From Clostridia bacterium (GTDB taxonomy: Bacteria; Bacillota; Clostridia; Christensenellales; CAG-138): a DNA stretch of 64,000 nucleotides. Made by a program: the position numbers and the translations under genes. The stretch spans positions 12,367 through 76,366 of the forward strand of contig JAEDIC010000006.1 in NCBI GenBank assembly GCA_016292635.1, read 5' to 3'. Shown here one piece after another: positions 1 to 9,751 of the stretch. How positions within the stretch are numbered: position 1 is the first letter of the stretch; each line of letters starts with the position of its first letter. The notes beneath the pieces are model-generated. The model ran no database searches. It saw nothing but the letters and a program-made list of their open reading frames with translations, and was not told the origin of the DNA.

Positions 1-249
1 ATCCCCGCTGTTGGCAAAAACGGGGTCAGCAACCTCCATGGTTATGGAGAACAGCTTGTCGCCAAGTTTTTCGCTCCTGGATTTAAGGCCCTTGCCGTCA
101 GCGAGCCGGGTGAGGTTCTGTATTGCGATCTCATTGTCAACCTGAACCTCCAGCGTTCCCGCTTCTTTCATTTCGGTCAGCGCTTTCGTCGCCTTTACCA
201 CCGGTATGGGGCAGGCATCGCCTATTGCGTTTACCTTGATATGTGCCAT
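1..249 (-). CDS. YedF/TusA-like sulfurtransferase-fold protein, N-terminal part only (gene continues beyond window start)
   Basis: Own minus-strand translation from ATG at 249: MAHIKVNAIGDACPIPVVKATKALTEMKEAGTLEVQVDNEIAIQNL... The CPxP motif matches the TusA/SirA/YedF N-domain. The frame is open to position 1. Confidence 0.6.
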   Translation of the reverse strand, partial: MAHIKVNAIGDACPIPVVKATKALTEMKEAGTLEVQVDNEIAIQNLTRLADGKGLKSRSEKLGDKLFSITMEVADPVFANSGD

Positions 250-298
250 TTTTGTTTTGCCTCCTTTTATTTAAGCATGGTATGCCTGATAATATGGT

Positions 299-1063
299 TT
301 ACATATTTGCTGCGCATAATGCCGCGCCTATGGCTCCTGCGTACCTGCCCTCCTCACGGGCTTCAACGGTCCGTCCCAGCTCCTCCGATAGCGCCGTGCG
401 GATGTATTCGCAGCCGCACAGGCCGCCGGTCAGCGCGATTCGCTCCATGAGCCGCACCTTGCTGCATTGGGACGCCACCTTCTTCACTATGGAATCCACA
501 ACGCCAAAGGCGATGTTTTCCTTGCTTTCGCCGCGCCCGATAAGGCTGATCACCTCGGATTCGGCAAACACGGTACACATGGAGCTTATGGATACGCCGC
601 CGCCTTTTGCGGCGAGCTGGCACAGTTCATCCGGCCTCACCCCGAGGGTGTTCGCCATCACCTCAAGAAAGCGGCCTGTGCCTGCGGAGCACTTGTCGTT
701 CATCATAAAATCGGTCACCGCACCGTGCGCCACGGTGATTATCTTGGTATCCTGCCCGCCGATATCAATAACGGTAAGTTCATCCGCACCATGAATAAAG
801 CACGCGCCCTTGCCATGGCAGGTTATCTCGGTAACGGTCTTATTCGCATACGGCACGGACACTCTGCCGTAGCCCGTGGCTACGATTGCCGCGCTTTCGA
901 GGTCTATGTCCAAACCCGTCAGCCTTTGCCGTATACTCTCGGCCGTATCCACGCTGCTCCAGCCCGTTGGCTGAATAAGCTTGTGCGTTATTTCATCGTT
1001 CGCCATCACCGCGGTCTTGGCGCAGGTGGAGCCTATATCTATTCCGATGGCATATTCCGTCAT
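299..1063 (-). CDS. BadF/BadG/BcrA/BcrD-type ATPase (2-hydroxyacyl-CoA dehydratase activase-like)
   Basis: 254-aa ORF with IGIDIGSTCAKT and IDIGGQDTK actin-fold ATPase motifs and a CSAGTGRFLE segment typical of HgdC-like activases. The start overlaps the LysR gene stop by 4 nt. Confidence 0.8.
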   Translation of the reverse strand: MTEYAIGIDIGSTCAKTAVMANDEITHKLIQPTGWSSVDTAESIRQRLTGLDIDLESAAIVATGYGRVSVPYANKTVTEITCHGKGACFIHGADELTVIDIGGQDTKIITVAHGAVTDFMMNDKCSAGTGRFLEVMANTLGVRPDELCQLAAKGGGVSISSMCTVFAESEVISLIGRGESKENIAFGVVDSIVKKVASQCSKVRLMERIALTGGLCGCEYIRTALSEELGRTVEAREEGRYAGAIGAALCAANM

Positions 1064-1974
1064 TTATCCTTACCGTCCAGCTTTTTTACATAGTTCAAAA
1101 AGTGCTGCTCCGTTCTGGTGAGGCTGCGGCTTTTTAGATATGCGATATAGATATCCCGGTACGGGCCGTCGTTTTCCAGGTCAAAGCACAGCACTCTTCC
1201 GGTCTTTATCGCGTCGCCCGCCGCCCGCTCTGAAAGTATGGTAGTGCCCCGGCCCAAGGCTACCATGCTTTTTATTCCTTCGATGTTGTTCATGTATGCG
1301 GTCACGTTAAGATCCGAAAGGGATCTGCCTATGCTTTTTAGATAGTTGTCCGTTTCCTTTCTTGTTCCGCTGCCGCTTTCTCGCATTATTATAGGATAGC
1401 CCAGCAACTCACGGCCCAGGATTCCCTTGGACTTTTTTTGCGCGAATTCCTCGGTGTTTGGCGTTAGAAGCACTATCTTGTCCCGGCAAACGGTATGATA
1501 GCTCAATGCTGCCTTGCGGCTTACGGTGCCCACGAAGGCAAAAACAGCTTCGCCATTTTGTACGCAGTCGATGGCGAAGGCGCTGTCACCATCCAGCACG
1601 GAAAACCTGCATTCCGGCCGCAGGGCTGAAAAGCCCGAAATTATACCGGGGAGGATGTAGCTTGAGGGCACCGTTGAAGCCGCAATGGCTATGAGAGGGC
1701 TGTCCTGCTCCTCCTTGCGGAACATATTTTGCAGCATCTCCGCCTGGTTCAATATTTGCAGCGCCATGCGGTATGCTTTTACGCCGTCTTCAGTGAGCTC
1801 GATGTTCTTCTTTTCGCGGCGATGGATGAGCGTGGTCTGTAACAGCTGCTCAAGCTGGGCGATATGGCTGCTGACGGTGGACTGGCTCAAAAACAGCTCA
1901 TCCCCCGCTTTGGAAAAACTTCGGTGCTCCGCTACCTTTATAAACGCTTCAAGTTGCCTGAGACTTATGTTCAC
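1060..1974 (-). CDS. LysR family transcriptional regulator
   Basis: 304 aa. The N-terminal LRQLEAFIKVAEHRSFSKAGDELFLSQSTVSSHIAQLE is a canonical LysR HTH, followed by a substrate-binding-domain-length C-terminus. Confidence 0.9.
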   Translation of the reverse strand: MNISLRQLEAFIKVAEHRSFSKAGDELFLSQSTVSSHIAQLEQLLQTTLIHRREKKNIELTEDGVKAYRMALQILNQAEMLQNMFRKEEQDSPLIAIAASTVPSSYILPGIISGFSALRPECRFSVLDGDSAFAIDCVQNGEAVFAFVGTVSRKAALSYHTVCRDKIVLLTPNTEEFAQKKSKGILGRELLGYPIIMRESGSGTRKETDNYLKSIGRSLSDLNVTAYMNNIEGIKSMVALGRGTTILSERAAGDAIKTGRVLCFDLENDGPYRDIYIAYLKSRSLTRTEQHFLNYVKKLDGKDK

Positions 1975-2052
1975 TGCTACGTTCCGCCTTACTTGTGTTT
2001 AAACACAGTATACAACAGTGCGCCGCCAAAACCCAATGATTTAATATTCATA

Positions 2053-2083
2053 AAATAGATAACGGCGTCGCCGTTATCTATTT
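2053..2083 (-). terminator. Perfect hairpin (AATAGATAACGGC / GCCGTTATCTATT) downstream of the phosphatase gene
   Basis: Inverted repeat read directly, with A/T runs on both sides. Confidence 0.5.
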
Positions 2084-2091
2084 TGCTGATC

Positions 2092-2130
2092 GCAATCAAA
2101 ACCACCAGTTAAACTGGTGGTTTTGATTGC
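2092..2130 (-). terminator. Long 18-bp-stem hairpin (GCAATCAAAACCACCAGT ... ACTGGTGGTTTTGATTGC)
   Basis: Inverted repeat read directly. It lies 30 nt after the stop of the 2162..2953 gene. Confidence 0.55.
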
Positions 2131-2161
2131 GCTGAAGCTATAACCTGAATCAGCCCGTTAA

Positions 2162-2953
2162 TTACGGGCTGATTTCTGTGCATATACTCTTAAACTCCGC
2201 AATCTCTTCTTCGGATATATTGGTCATTTGCGTAATATATCCGTCTGCCGAGCCGAATCTTCTGTCCACCGCATCCAGCGCGGACGCAAGCCAGCAGGGA
2301 CAGGCAGCAAAAAAACCCAGCACATACTCGGCGGCTTTGGGATCCCCGGTGGAAGATATGGCAGCCGCCCCGGCCTCCTCCAGCTCATGGTCAAGGGCAA
2401 CGTTGGTAAGCAGGTAATCGGCATATATCTCTCGGTCGTCCGCTCCAAGCAGCCTGAGAAGAAGGGCGGTTATCACGCCCGCCCTGTCCTTGCCTGCTGA
2501 GCAATGGTATATCACCTTACTGTCAGGGAAGCGAACCGTCGTTCTTATTACCTTCTCAATGCACCTGCCGGTATGGGCAGAAAGGGCCATTTCCCCGTAT
2601 ACCTCGCGCATACGCAGAGCCGATGAAGGCTCCCCCCGGCTATATCCCGCCAGTATATCCTCTACCTTATCACGCAGCGTTCTCTTGCTCTGGATAAACT
2701 TGCGGCGTCCGTTTTCCGTTATAGGCATATGGACATACTCCGCCCCCGGAATAAGCGGGTCGGGCTTATAGCTCCGCTCATTTTCGCTGCGCATATCAAA
2801 TACGGCAGAAACGCTGCCAAGCTTTGCTATATCTTCATCCGTAAGCCTCCACAGCGCACCGGAGCGTATCAGATGCCCCGGCCTCACAAATCCGCCCCTT
2901 ACTTTTATCCCGCCCAGGTCTCTGAGGTTCGGGCAGGCGGTCATTCTGTCCAT
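2162..2953 (-). CDS. Protein-tyrosine phosphatase family protein (Y_phosphatase3-like)
   Basis: HCSAGKDRAG is a CX5R P-loop, followed by YADYLLTN. Start moved to internal MDRMTACPNLRDLGG (residue 42 of the track ORF) because the upstream gene stops at 2958. Confidence 0.8.
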   Translation of the reverse strand: MDRMTACPNLRDLGGIKVRGGFVRPGHLIRSGALWRLTDEDIAKLGSVSAVFDMRSENERSYKPDPLIPGAEYVHMPITENGRRKFIQSKRTLRDKVEDILAGYSRGEPSSALRMREVYGEMALSAHTGRCIEKVIRTTVRFPDSKVIYHCSAGKDRAGVITALLLRLLGADDREIYADYLLTNVALDHELEEAGAAAISSTGDPKAAEYVLGFFAACPCWLASALDAVDRRFGSADGYITQMTNISEEEIAEFKSICTEISP

Positions 2954-2957
2954 AGTC

Positions 2958-4508
2958 TTATTCCTTTCCGAAATACCTGTACAGCACTTTAACGAATTCC
3001 GGTATGCTGCGACGCACCGATACCGCAGCTCCGCTTCTAGCCATGCGCTCCTCCTCCGCAAGACACTCTCCCGCATACCTGAGCAGCTCTGCCGGGGTCA
3101 CTTCTTTTCCTGTGCGGCAGCCGTATATCCCTGCCATAAGCTCCATCGCCTCCGGCCTGTTTATCAGCGCAAAGGACGAGAATACGCAAAGGCCAAGGTT
3201 CTCCATTATAAATATCTGCCGGTACAGGAGCTCCAGGTCTGTCATATCCCCAAGCTCCGGATAAAACCTGTGCAGGCTTAACCGCCGCTTGGAGTCGCCG
3301 GTATTTGCGGGCATGGTAACGCGCTTTTGTATGCCCGCGTCATCCGGATACATCCTGCCCAGCGCTGCCGTGCCTCCTCCTATGAGCCGCCCCGTAATGC
3401 TGCCGGCCGCTATTTCTTCCATAAGTGAAGTAAGAGTTTCCGGCGTGGGCTTTACGCCCGCCAGCTCCATATACATTGAAGCCGTGCAGACAAATTCGGT
3501 GGTATTAAGGCCCAACGCCATTCCTCGCGCCGAAACAGCAGCCGCAGCCCCATTAAGCTCTTCTTCCGAAAATATTCCTCCGAAGCAGCCGGCCATTGCC
3601 GCCCTCACCTCCGCCTCCTCCGGCGCAGAGAATACACGGCCGTCGCCGCTGCTGTGCCGGTTCAGGCAGCCTATAACGCAGCCCGGGGCGCAGCAGTAAT
3701 TCAGCCTGCCGGCGCCCGCCGGTCTTGAAGGCCTTTTCCCTTTGGGCAGCTCCGGTATGGCGTCTTTATTTTTGAGAAGATGCAGTATCGTGATGGAGCC
3801 CAGTCCGGGAAGCGCGCCGCCGCATATGGGATCGCTTATTATAAGCGAGGCGAGGGCTTTCCCGTTTTCAATGACGCCCTTTTTATCTGCGCATTCCGCT
3901 CCGAAATACTCGCCGCACTTTACTATTACGGCACGGAGATTCTTGCTGCCGGGTATATCGCCGAAGCTGCTTCTCGGGCAGGTAAAGCGTGGGGTTCCCT
4001 CCGGGTATGTGGTAAACAGGCCGCTGAGGGGCAGCTGCATATCGCCTGCCGGGCCTGTGCCTATAACGGCGCAGTCCGTCCCGTATTTTCCGCGGATTCT
4101 GTCAACTATCTCGCCGCAGGAAAGGCCGTCCAGCTCCGAAACGCAGGATATGCTGACCCCGTTTTTATCGATGTACGCAGCGCAGCGGCTGTCGCTCCTG
4201 CCTTTTATCACAAGGCCGGCTATGCCCAGCGACGCCAGCTTCTGGGGCATATCCCCCGTTATGCTGGATACGGCAAAGCCGCCCTCCGATCTTGCGGCGA
4301 CCGTCGCCCGTGTAGCGCAGGGCACATGGCAGCCCGTAAGCAGGCCGGGAACCACCGCAAGGGCGTTATCCGGCGAAAGCCTGCCGCAGCCCTCCCTTGA
4401 ATGGCGCCGTATCAGCTCCATAGCAAGGCCTCTGCCATAATGACCGGCGGGGACACTTTCTTCGGTTATGCTTTTATCCGTAAGATCGATTGCTATTATG
4501 CGGGACAC
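2958..4508 (-). CDS. Aldehyde:ferredoxin oxidoreductase (AOR) family protein, short form
   Basis: 516 aa. The N-terminus MSRIIAIDLTDKSITEESVPAGHYGRGLAMELI resembles the AOR N-domain. Cys-rich middle (CCAPGCVIGC). Shorter than typical ~600-aa AORs. Confidence 0.6.
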   Translation of the reverse strand: MSRIIAIDLTDKSITEESVPAGHYGRGLAMELIRRHSREGCGRLSPDNALAVVPGLLTGCHVPCATRATVAARSEGGFAVSSITGDMPQKLASLGIAGLVIKGRSDSRCAAYIDKNGVSISCVSELDGLSCGEIVDRIRGKYGTDCAVIGTGPAGDMQLPLSGLFTTYPEGTPRFTCPRSSFGDIPGSKNLRAVIVKCGEYFGAECADKKGVIENGKALASLIISDPICGGALPGLGSITILHLLKNKDAIPELPKGKRPSRPAGAGRLNYCCAPGCVIGCLNRHSSGDGRVFSAPEEAEVRAAMAGCFGGIFSEEELNGAAAAVSARGMALGLNTTEFVCTASMYMELAGVKPTPETLTSLMEEIAAGSITGRLIGGGTAALGRMYPDDAGIQKRVTMPANTGDSKRRLSLHRFYPELGDMTDLELLYRQIFIMENLGLCVFSSFALINRPEAMELMAGIYGCRTGKEVTPAELLRYAGECLAEEERMARSGAAVSVRRSIPEFVKVLYRYFGKE

Positions 4509-4509
4509 T

Positions 4510-5316
4510 TTATTTTTCCTTTCCCTTCATGTGGCTGGTCTTTTTTCCATAGCGAACGGCCTGTATTTCGGCTATTATCGCAACCGCTATCTCCTCGGGC
4601 GTCTCGCCGCCTATATCCAGCCCTATCGGCGTATATACCGAATTCAGCTGTTCATTCGCTATTCCCTTTGCCCTGAGCTTATCAAACAGTGCGGCGACCT
4701 TTTTGCTGCTGCCTATCATTCCGATATAGGCGGCGTTCTTGCTCAGCGCCCCTGATAGAGCCTCGCCGTCGCAGGCGTGTCCGTGGGTAGCTATGACGAA
4801 GTACGCGCCCTCGGGGATATTCATCTCCTTGATCTCGCCTTCGAAATCCTTTACGCCGGCAAAGCGTCCGGCATTTTCTATCTTATCGGCTATGCTGTCT
4901 GCCGGCCTGTCGTCTATAAGCAGAGTATCAAACCCTACAAAGCCAGCAAGTTTAAGCACGCAGCCGCCTACATGGCCTGCGCCGCACATAACCAGCAGCA
5001 GCCTCGGTATGAAAACCTCTATCATCACGCTTATATGCCCTCCGCAGGTCATGCCCGTATCTGACGCGGGGGATGTCAGATCGTATTCCCTGAAAGCATT
5101 TTCTCCGGTCTGTATACACTTTTGGGCGTCCCGTATGGCAAGCAGCTCCACAGCTCCGCCCCCGACCGTGCCCTTGGAGCTTCCGTCGGCGTATACTATC
5201 ATTTTCCCGTTGCTTCGCGGCGTTGAGCCGTCGGCCTGGGCTATGGTCACCACGGCGCAGCTTTTGCCCGCATCGTAAGCCGCCGTCTGTTCCTTTACTA
5301 TCTCTATAGCGTTCAT
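4510..5316 (-). CDS. XdhC/CoxI family molybdenum-cofactor insertion accessory protein
   Basis: Contains GSTPRSNGKMIVYADGSSKGTVGGGAVE and a Rossmann-like VMCGAGHVG segment. Start moved to MNAIEIVKEQ (residue 91 of the track ORF), which abuts the stop of the upstream membrane protein. Confidence 0.75.
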   Translation of the reverse strand: MNAIEIVKEQTAAYDAGKSCAVVTIAQADGSTPRSNGKMIVYADGSSKGTVGGGAVELLAIRDAQKCIQTGENAFREYDLTSPASDTGMTCGGHISVMIEVFIPRLLLVMCGAGHVGGCVLKLAGFVGFDTLLIDDRPADSIADKIENAGRFAGVKDFEGEIKEMNIPEGAYFVIATHGHACDGEALSGALSKNAAYIGMIGSSKKVAALFDKLRAKGIANEQLNSVYTPIGLDIGGETPEEIAVAIIAEIQAVRYGKKTSHMKGKEK

Positions 5317-6608
5317 ACCGTCCTCCTGTTTTGTTTTTTTATTTGGTAATATGTCCATATCGCGCACATACCGAGGGATACCGCATTGCTGGCAAGATAG
5401 GCGAGCCACGGCCCGCTCTGCCCCGCCCCCTGTTTGGCGAATACATACGTAAGCGGCGCCTGAACCGCCCATACCCGTATTACCGTTGCCGCCAGCGCAG
5501 GGAACCCCTTGCCCAGCGCCTGCAATACGGAAGTCAGGTTCATCTCCATCGCTATCATGGGATATGCCCAAAGGCATACGCTCCAATAGCGTATTCCTGC
5601 CGCCGCCAGCTCCGTATCAACGGCGATCAGGTTCCATATCCCGCCGTTCAAAAGCCCCGCCGCCGCTGCCAGCGCTGCTGTGGGCAGCACGCTCCAAAGG
5701 CAGAGCCGCCTGCAAAGAGACGCCATCGCCCCCATATCCCGCTCTCTGGATACCATAGTAACCGTAACGGAACACATAGCCATAGCCGGCAGGTAAAAAA
5801 ACGGCTCCAGCCTCCCGCCCAGTCCCTTCACGCTGACAAGCAGCGGCGAAACGGACAGTATAAGGCTGTTTATCAGGGCATTTCCGGTTGGCGATACCGC
5901 CTTTGACAGACTTACCGGAAGGGCAAGTTTTATAAAATCCCACAGGGTATTTCCCCCGGGCGGCACATCGCCGCCGGTATCGGGCAGCATACCGCAAAAC
6001 CGCTTTGCTCCGTAAAGGCAGGCGGCAAGGCGGGATATAAGGGTACCCCAGCCAAGCCCCGTAAGGCCAAAGGCAGCATAGCCTATACAGCTCACACCAA
6101 GCTGGACAGGCACGGATATAAACGTCATATACATGCCGCACCTTGCATCCCCCAGCCCCCGGCTGCCCGATATGAGCAAGCTGTATATAAGCAGCACCGG
6201 ACTGCCCGCAAGATACGGCAGCATATACAAATAGCCTTCGGCGCGCCTGGCCGCCGTATCCGCAAGACCGTCAAAGGCCGGATACAGCATGGCCGCAGCG
6301 GCGGAGGATATAGCGACGCCGCACGCCACGGCAAGCAATACGAATACCTTAATATAGCTTCTGTATGACGTTTCCCAGCTGCCGCCGGCGCAAGCCCTGC
6401 CCACCGCTGAGTTCACCGCTATACCTATGCCGTAGCTCACAGTAGTGATAAGCGTTATATACGGCCCGCATATGCCCATGGTCATAAGCTCGTCTGAGCT
6501 GTTTACGCTTACTATTACGCCCTCAAAGGCGGAACCGAGTTTTTGCGCCAGCGTAAGGAGCAGCACAGGCCACAGCAGCTTCCATATCTCCCGGTCGGTC
6601 CTGTTCAT
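5313..6608 (-). CDS. Polytopic membrane protein, MATE efflux family-like
   Basis: 431 aa with about 12 hydrophobic segments and a two-fold repeat architecture. No catalytic motifs. Family call is by general resemblance only. Confidence 0.55.
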   Translation of the reverse strand: MNRTDREIWKLLWPVLLLTLAQKLGSAFEGVIVSVNSSDELMTMGICGPYITLITTVSYGIGIAVNSAVGRACAGGSWETSYRSYIKVFVLLAVACGVAISSAAAAMLYPAFDGLADTAARRAEGYLYMLPYLAGSPVLLIYSLLISGSRGLGDARCGMYMTFISVPVQLGVSCIGYAAFGLTGLGWGTLISRLAACLYGAKRFCGMLPDTGGDVPPGGNTLWDFIKLALPVSLSKAVSPTGNALINSLILSVSPLLVSVKGLGGRLEPFFYLPAMAMCSVTVTMVSRERDMGAMASLCRRLCLWSVLPTAALAAAAGLLNGGIWNLIAVDTELAAAGIRYWSVCLWAYPMIAMEMNLTSVLQALGKGFPALAATVIRVWAVQAPLTYVFAKQGAGQSGPWLAYLASNAVSLGMCAIWTYYQIKKQNRRTV

Positions 6609-7381
6609 AGCGCCTTTCCCATAAGGAAGCTGCTCCCGTTTTGCAGCAGCCCTATGTCGCCGTATATAAGCGAGAGCTTTTCCCTTACCTCCTCCGCTCC
6701 GGCCCGGCGCATATCCAGTTCCTCAACGATGCTGCCCTGCCTGAGCAGCAGCAGCCTGTCGCAGTAGGCCATCGCAAAATTCGGGTCGTGAAGGGTGATC
6801 AGCCCCGCCTTGTTTTCTTCCTTTATAAGTTCTCTTATCTTTGCCAGCACCATATGCCTGTTCAGGAAATCCAGCGCGCTGTCCGGCTCATCCATGAGCA
6901 TTACAGGCGAATCCTGCACTATGCATCTGGCCAGTATCACTATCTGCCGCTGGCCCTGGCTGAGTGCTCCGAAATCCTTTTCCGCAAACTCCGCGCAGTT
7001 CAGCCGCTTCATGGCGGCGAGGGCCGCCCGCTTATGCTCCGCTGACGGGGATTCCAGCAGACCAAGCTGTGAATTGAAGCCCATGAGCACCACTTCGAGA
7101 GCGGTGCGCCCGCCCTGCAGACTGCATATCTGGGGTATAAAGGATATGAGCCGCGCCCGTTTTTTCTCGTTCAGCCCGCGGCAGTCGGTATCCGCCACAG
7201 TAAAACTGCCCTCCACCGGCAAAAAGCCGCAGCAGCCGTGCAGTATGGTGGTCTTTCCGCTTCCGTTCAGTCCCAGCAGGGCGCAGAATTCGCCGGGAGC
7301 TATGTCAATATCAACGCCGTGCACTATCTCCGTCTTTCCGTATGATATCCTTGCGTCCTTGAGAGAAAACAGTCCGCTCAT
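6605..7381 (-). CDS. ABC transporter ATP-binding protein (iron-chelate/cobalamin FecE/BtuD type)
   Basis: Walker A GLNGSGKTT, signature LSQGQRQ, Walker B VMLMDEPDSALD. Has 4-nt overlaps with both neighbouring genes. Confidence 0.9.
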   Translation of the reverse strand: MSGLFSLKDARISYGKTEIVHGVDIDIAPGEFCALLGLNGSGKTTILHGCCGFLPVEGSFTVADTDCRGLNEKKRARLISFIPQICSLQGGRTALEVVLMGFNSQLGLLESPSAEHKRAALAAMKRLNCAEFAEKDFGALSQGQRQIVILARCIVQDSPVMLMDEPDSALDFLNRHMVLAKIRELIKEENKAGLITLHDPNFAMAYCDRLLLLRQGSIVEELDMRRAGAEEVREKLSLIYGDIGLLQNGSSFLMGKAL

Positions 7382-8391
7382 GATACCTCCTTTCCCCTCG
7401 TGCAGAGGAAATAGACGAGTATGGGCACGCCTATTACCGTGGTCAATATGGATATGGGCAGTTCGGCGCTGTAGAGTATCCGGGCGAGTATATCCGCCGC
7501 AAGCACCACAAAGGAGCCTACCAATCCGCTCATTATTATCGTGGTTGAGTTATTTCGGCGCAGCATAAGCCTGGCCGTGTGGGGCGCTATCAGCCCCGCA
7601 AAGGAAATGAGACCCGTAACGCTTATTATGGAACCTACCATCAGCGTAGACAACGCAAGCACCGCCGCACGCACCGGCCTGAGCCGCACGCCCAACGCCC
7701 GACATTCATTATCGCTGAGGGACATAAGCTCTATCTGCCGCCTGAGCAGCAGTATGCCCGCAAGGCCTATAAGGAACATGGGCAGTATGGACAAGAGCTT
7801 GGACAGCGTGGTATTCCCGAAGGTGCCCATCTCCCAGTATTCCATTGCCGCAAGCTCGTTTTCCGGGTCCGCAAAGTATTTGAGGGCCATTATCACCGCC
7901 TTGGATATGGCGTTTATCACTATTCCCGCAAGCACATATGTGGACGTTGATGTTGCCCGGGTGGCACGCACGAGCAGCATGACGCACACCACCGCTATCA
8001 GCCCGCCCCAGAAGGCGCCTGCGGCTATGGCTATCATGCCGGAGGTCGAAACAGACACTATGGCGATCGCTGCGCCCAGGTTGGCTCCCCCCGCAATGCC
8101 GATTATATCCGGAGAAGCAAGGGGGTTTTTGAAAATGATCTGGTATACGCTGCCGGCCATGCCCAGGCCTATGCCGGCTATAACGGCCATTACGGTCCGG
8201 GGTAATCGCAGGGTAATAAACACCTTACGCGTCATCTCATCCACCTGACCGCCCACGAGTATGGCCCTTATGTCGGCGGTGGTTATGCTGTATTTACCTA
8301 TGCAAACCGAAACCACCGCAGCCGTGATGACGGCTGCGGTGATAGCTGCGAATAATATAGGCGTCAGCCTGTTTTTTGCTTTGCTGTTCAC
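7378..8391 (-). CDS. FecCD/BtuC family ABC permease
   Basis: 337 aa. Polytopic and Gly-rich, with RLPRTVMAVIAGIGLGMAGSVYQ typical of FecCD permeases. Confidence 0.85.
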   Translation of the reverse strand: MNSKAKNRLTPILFAAITAAVITAAVVSVCIGKYSITTADIRAILVGGQVDEMTRKVFITLRLPRTVMAVIAGIGLGMAGSVYQIIFKNPLASPDIIGIAGGANLGAAIAIVSVSTSGMIAIAAGAFWGGLIAVVCVMLLVRATRATSTSTYVLAGIVINAISKAVIMALKYFADPENELAAMEYWEMGTFGNTTLSKLLSILPMFLIGLAGILLLRRQIELMSLSDNECRALGVRLRPVRAAVLALSTLMVGSIISVTGLISFAGLIAPHTARLMLRRNNSTTIIMSGLVGSFVVLAADILARILYSAELPISILTTVIGVPILVYFLCTRGKEVS

Positions 8392-8408
8392 TTATTCTAT
8401 ATATAATA

Positions 8409-9542
8409 TTATGCTGCCTTTTCCGCGGTATCGCCCAGTATGGAGGACGTATCCATATCAAAGCCGTAGAAGGTCTTGTAGAAGTCCGCCGCATCGTCCG
8501 CAAACTCTTCCATGGTGTATACTTCGGGGTGAAGCTTGGCGGTCATCCAGAGCATACCCAGAACGCCGGAGGGAACCGGTGAATCCCAGGCTTCAAAGCC
8601 GGCGGGCATATTGTATATCGCGCCGTTCTTGACGGCAGTGACTTCTTTCAGCTGCTCGTCCACAAGAACCTCGTCTGCCGTGAAGTCGGGCTGGCCGTTT
8701 GCCATGTTGTTGGTAGGTATGATAATAACATCGGGATTCATGGCGATAAGCTGCTCATATGATATGTCAGTCCAGGAATCGCCATCCAGGGAATCGCCTG
8801 CATTCTTACCGCCTGCGGAGGTAACGACAGAAGCCTGATACATATCCTTCGGTGCGGTGGTCAGATAGGAACTGGTGCCGCACATATATACTATCGGCTT
8901 GTTCGCGTCTTCTATGTTTGCGGTAAGGCTTTCCACCTTATCTATTACCTCGTCGTAGTGGGCCGTCAGAGCTGCGGCCTTATCCTCGGCTCCCGCAAGC
9001 TTACCTATGAGGTTTATCATTTCCACCAGCTTTTCATGGCTTTCGGGGTTTACCACTATGGCGGGAATGCCCATCTCCGTAAGGGTGGCTGCGTAATCCT
9101 TTGCCTTCTTGGGAAGAATCACCAGATCCGGCTCAGCGGCTATGCAGGCCTCCAGGTCAAATGCCTTGGCGGAGCCCACGTTGCCTACTGCGCCTATAAG
9201 CTCCGGAGCGGCAAGATTATAAATGGGCCGCTTGTCGATCTTTTCCTCTGTAGCCACCAGCTTATCCTTGAGGCCGAGGGCAATACAGGTGGAGGATGAG
9301 ATATAATAGCCGGACACTATGCGCTCGGCTGCATGTTCCAGGGTCACTTCGTTGCCCAGCTGATCTTTAACGGTCAAAGGAAATACGGTGGCCTCCGCTT
9401 CCGCCGCGGTCTCCTCGGCAGGGGCCTCGGCGCTTTCGGCGGCAGGTTCTTCGGCGGGGGTCTCCGCAGGCTGCTGAGCACAGCCGGCAAACATAGCCAG
9501 CGCCATCATTAACGCAAGAGCCATTGAAAGTATTTTCTTCAT
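8409..9542 (-). CDS. ABC substrate-binding lipoprotein (iron-siderophore/cobalamin-type periplasmic binding protein)
   Basis: Lipobox MFAGC, a Pro/Glu/Ala-rich linker, then a class-8 PBP-like body (DLVILPKKAKDY, NPDVIIIPT). Confidence 0.8.
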   Translation of the reverse strand: MKKILSMALALMMALAMFAGCAQQPAETPAEEPAAESAEAPAEETAAEAEATVFPLTVKDQLGNEVTLEHAAERIVSGYYISSSTCIALGLKDKLVATEEKIDKRPIYNLAAPELIGAVGNVGSAKAFDLEACIAAEPDLVILPKKAKDYAATLTEMGIPAIVVNPESHEKLVEMINLIGKLAGAEDKAAALTAHYDEVIDKVESLTANIEDANKPIVYMCGTSSYLTTAPKDMYQASVVTSAGGKNAGDSLDGDSWTDISYEQLIAMNPDVIIIPTNNMANGQPDFTADEVLVDEQLKEVTAVKNGAIYNMPAGFEAWDSPVPSGVLGMLWMTAKLHPEVYTMEEFADDAADFYKTFYGFDMDTSSILGDTAEKAA

Positions 9543-9635
9543 AATTATTCTCCTGTTCTTTCTGTCCGCACAGTGCGGGCATATTATAGGTGCATTCTAT
9601 AACGAAAAATCAAAAATATGAAATAGAATTTATGT

Positions 9636-9665
9636 ATTATATCACTGTGTTATTCATTTTATCAA
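9636..9665 (-). promoter_or_regulatory. SigA-type promoter for the ABC importer operon (TTGATA-18-TATAAT)
   Basis: Minus-strand reading gives TTGATAaaatgaataacacagtgaTATAAT about 90 nt upstream of the start at 9542. Confidence 0.5.
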
Positions 9666-9751
9666 TCATCTTCGTTATTCATCAGCGCAGATATGGTCAT
9701 GTAAGTACCCCCATTAAATGTGGACGCAAGGGTTCGCATGGTTTTCGGTAT

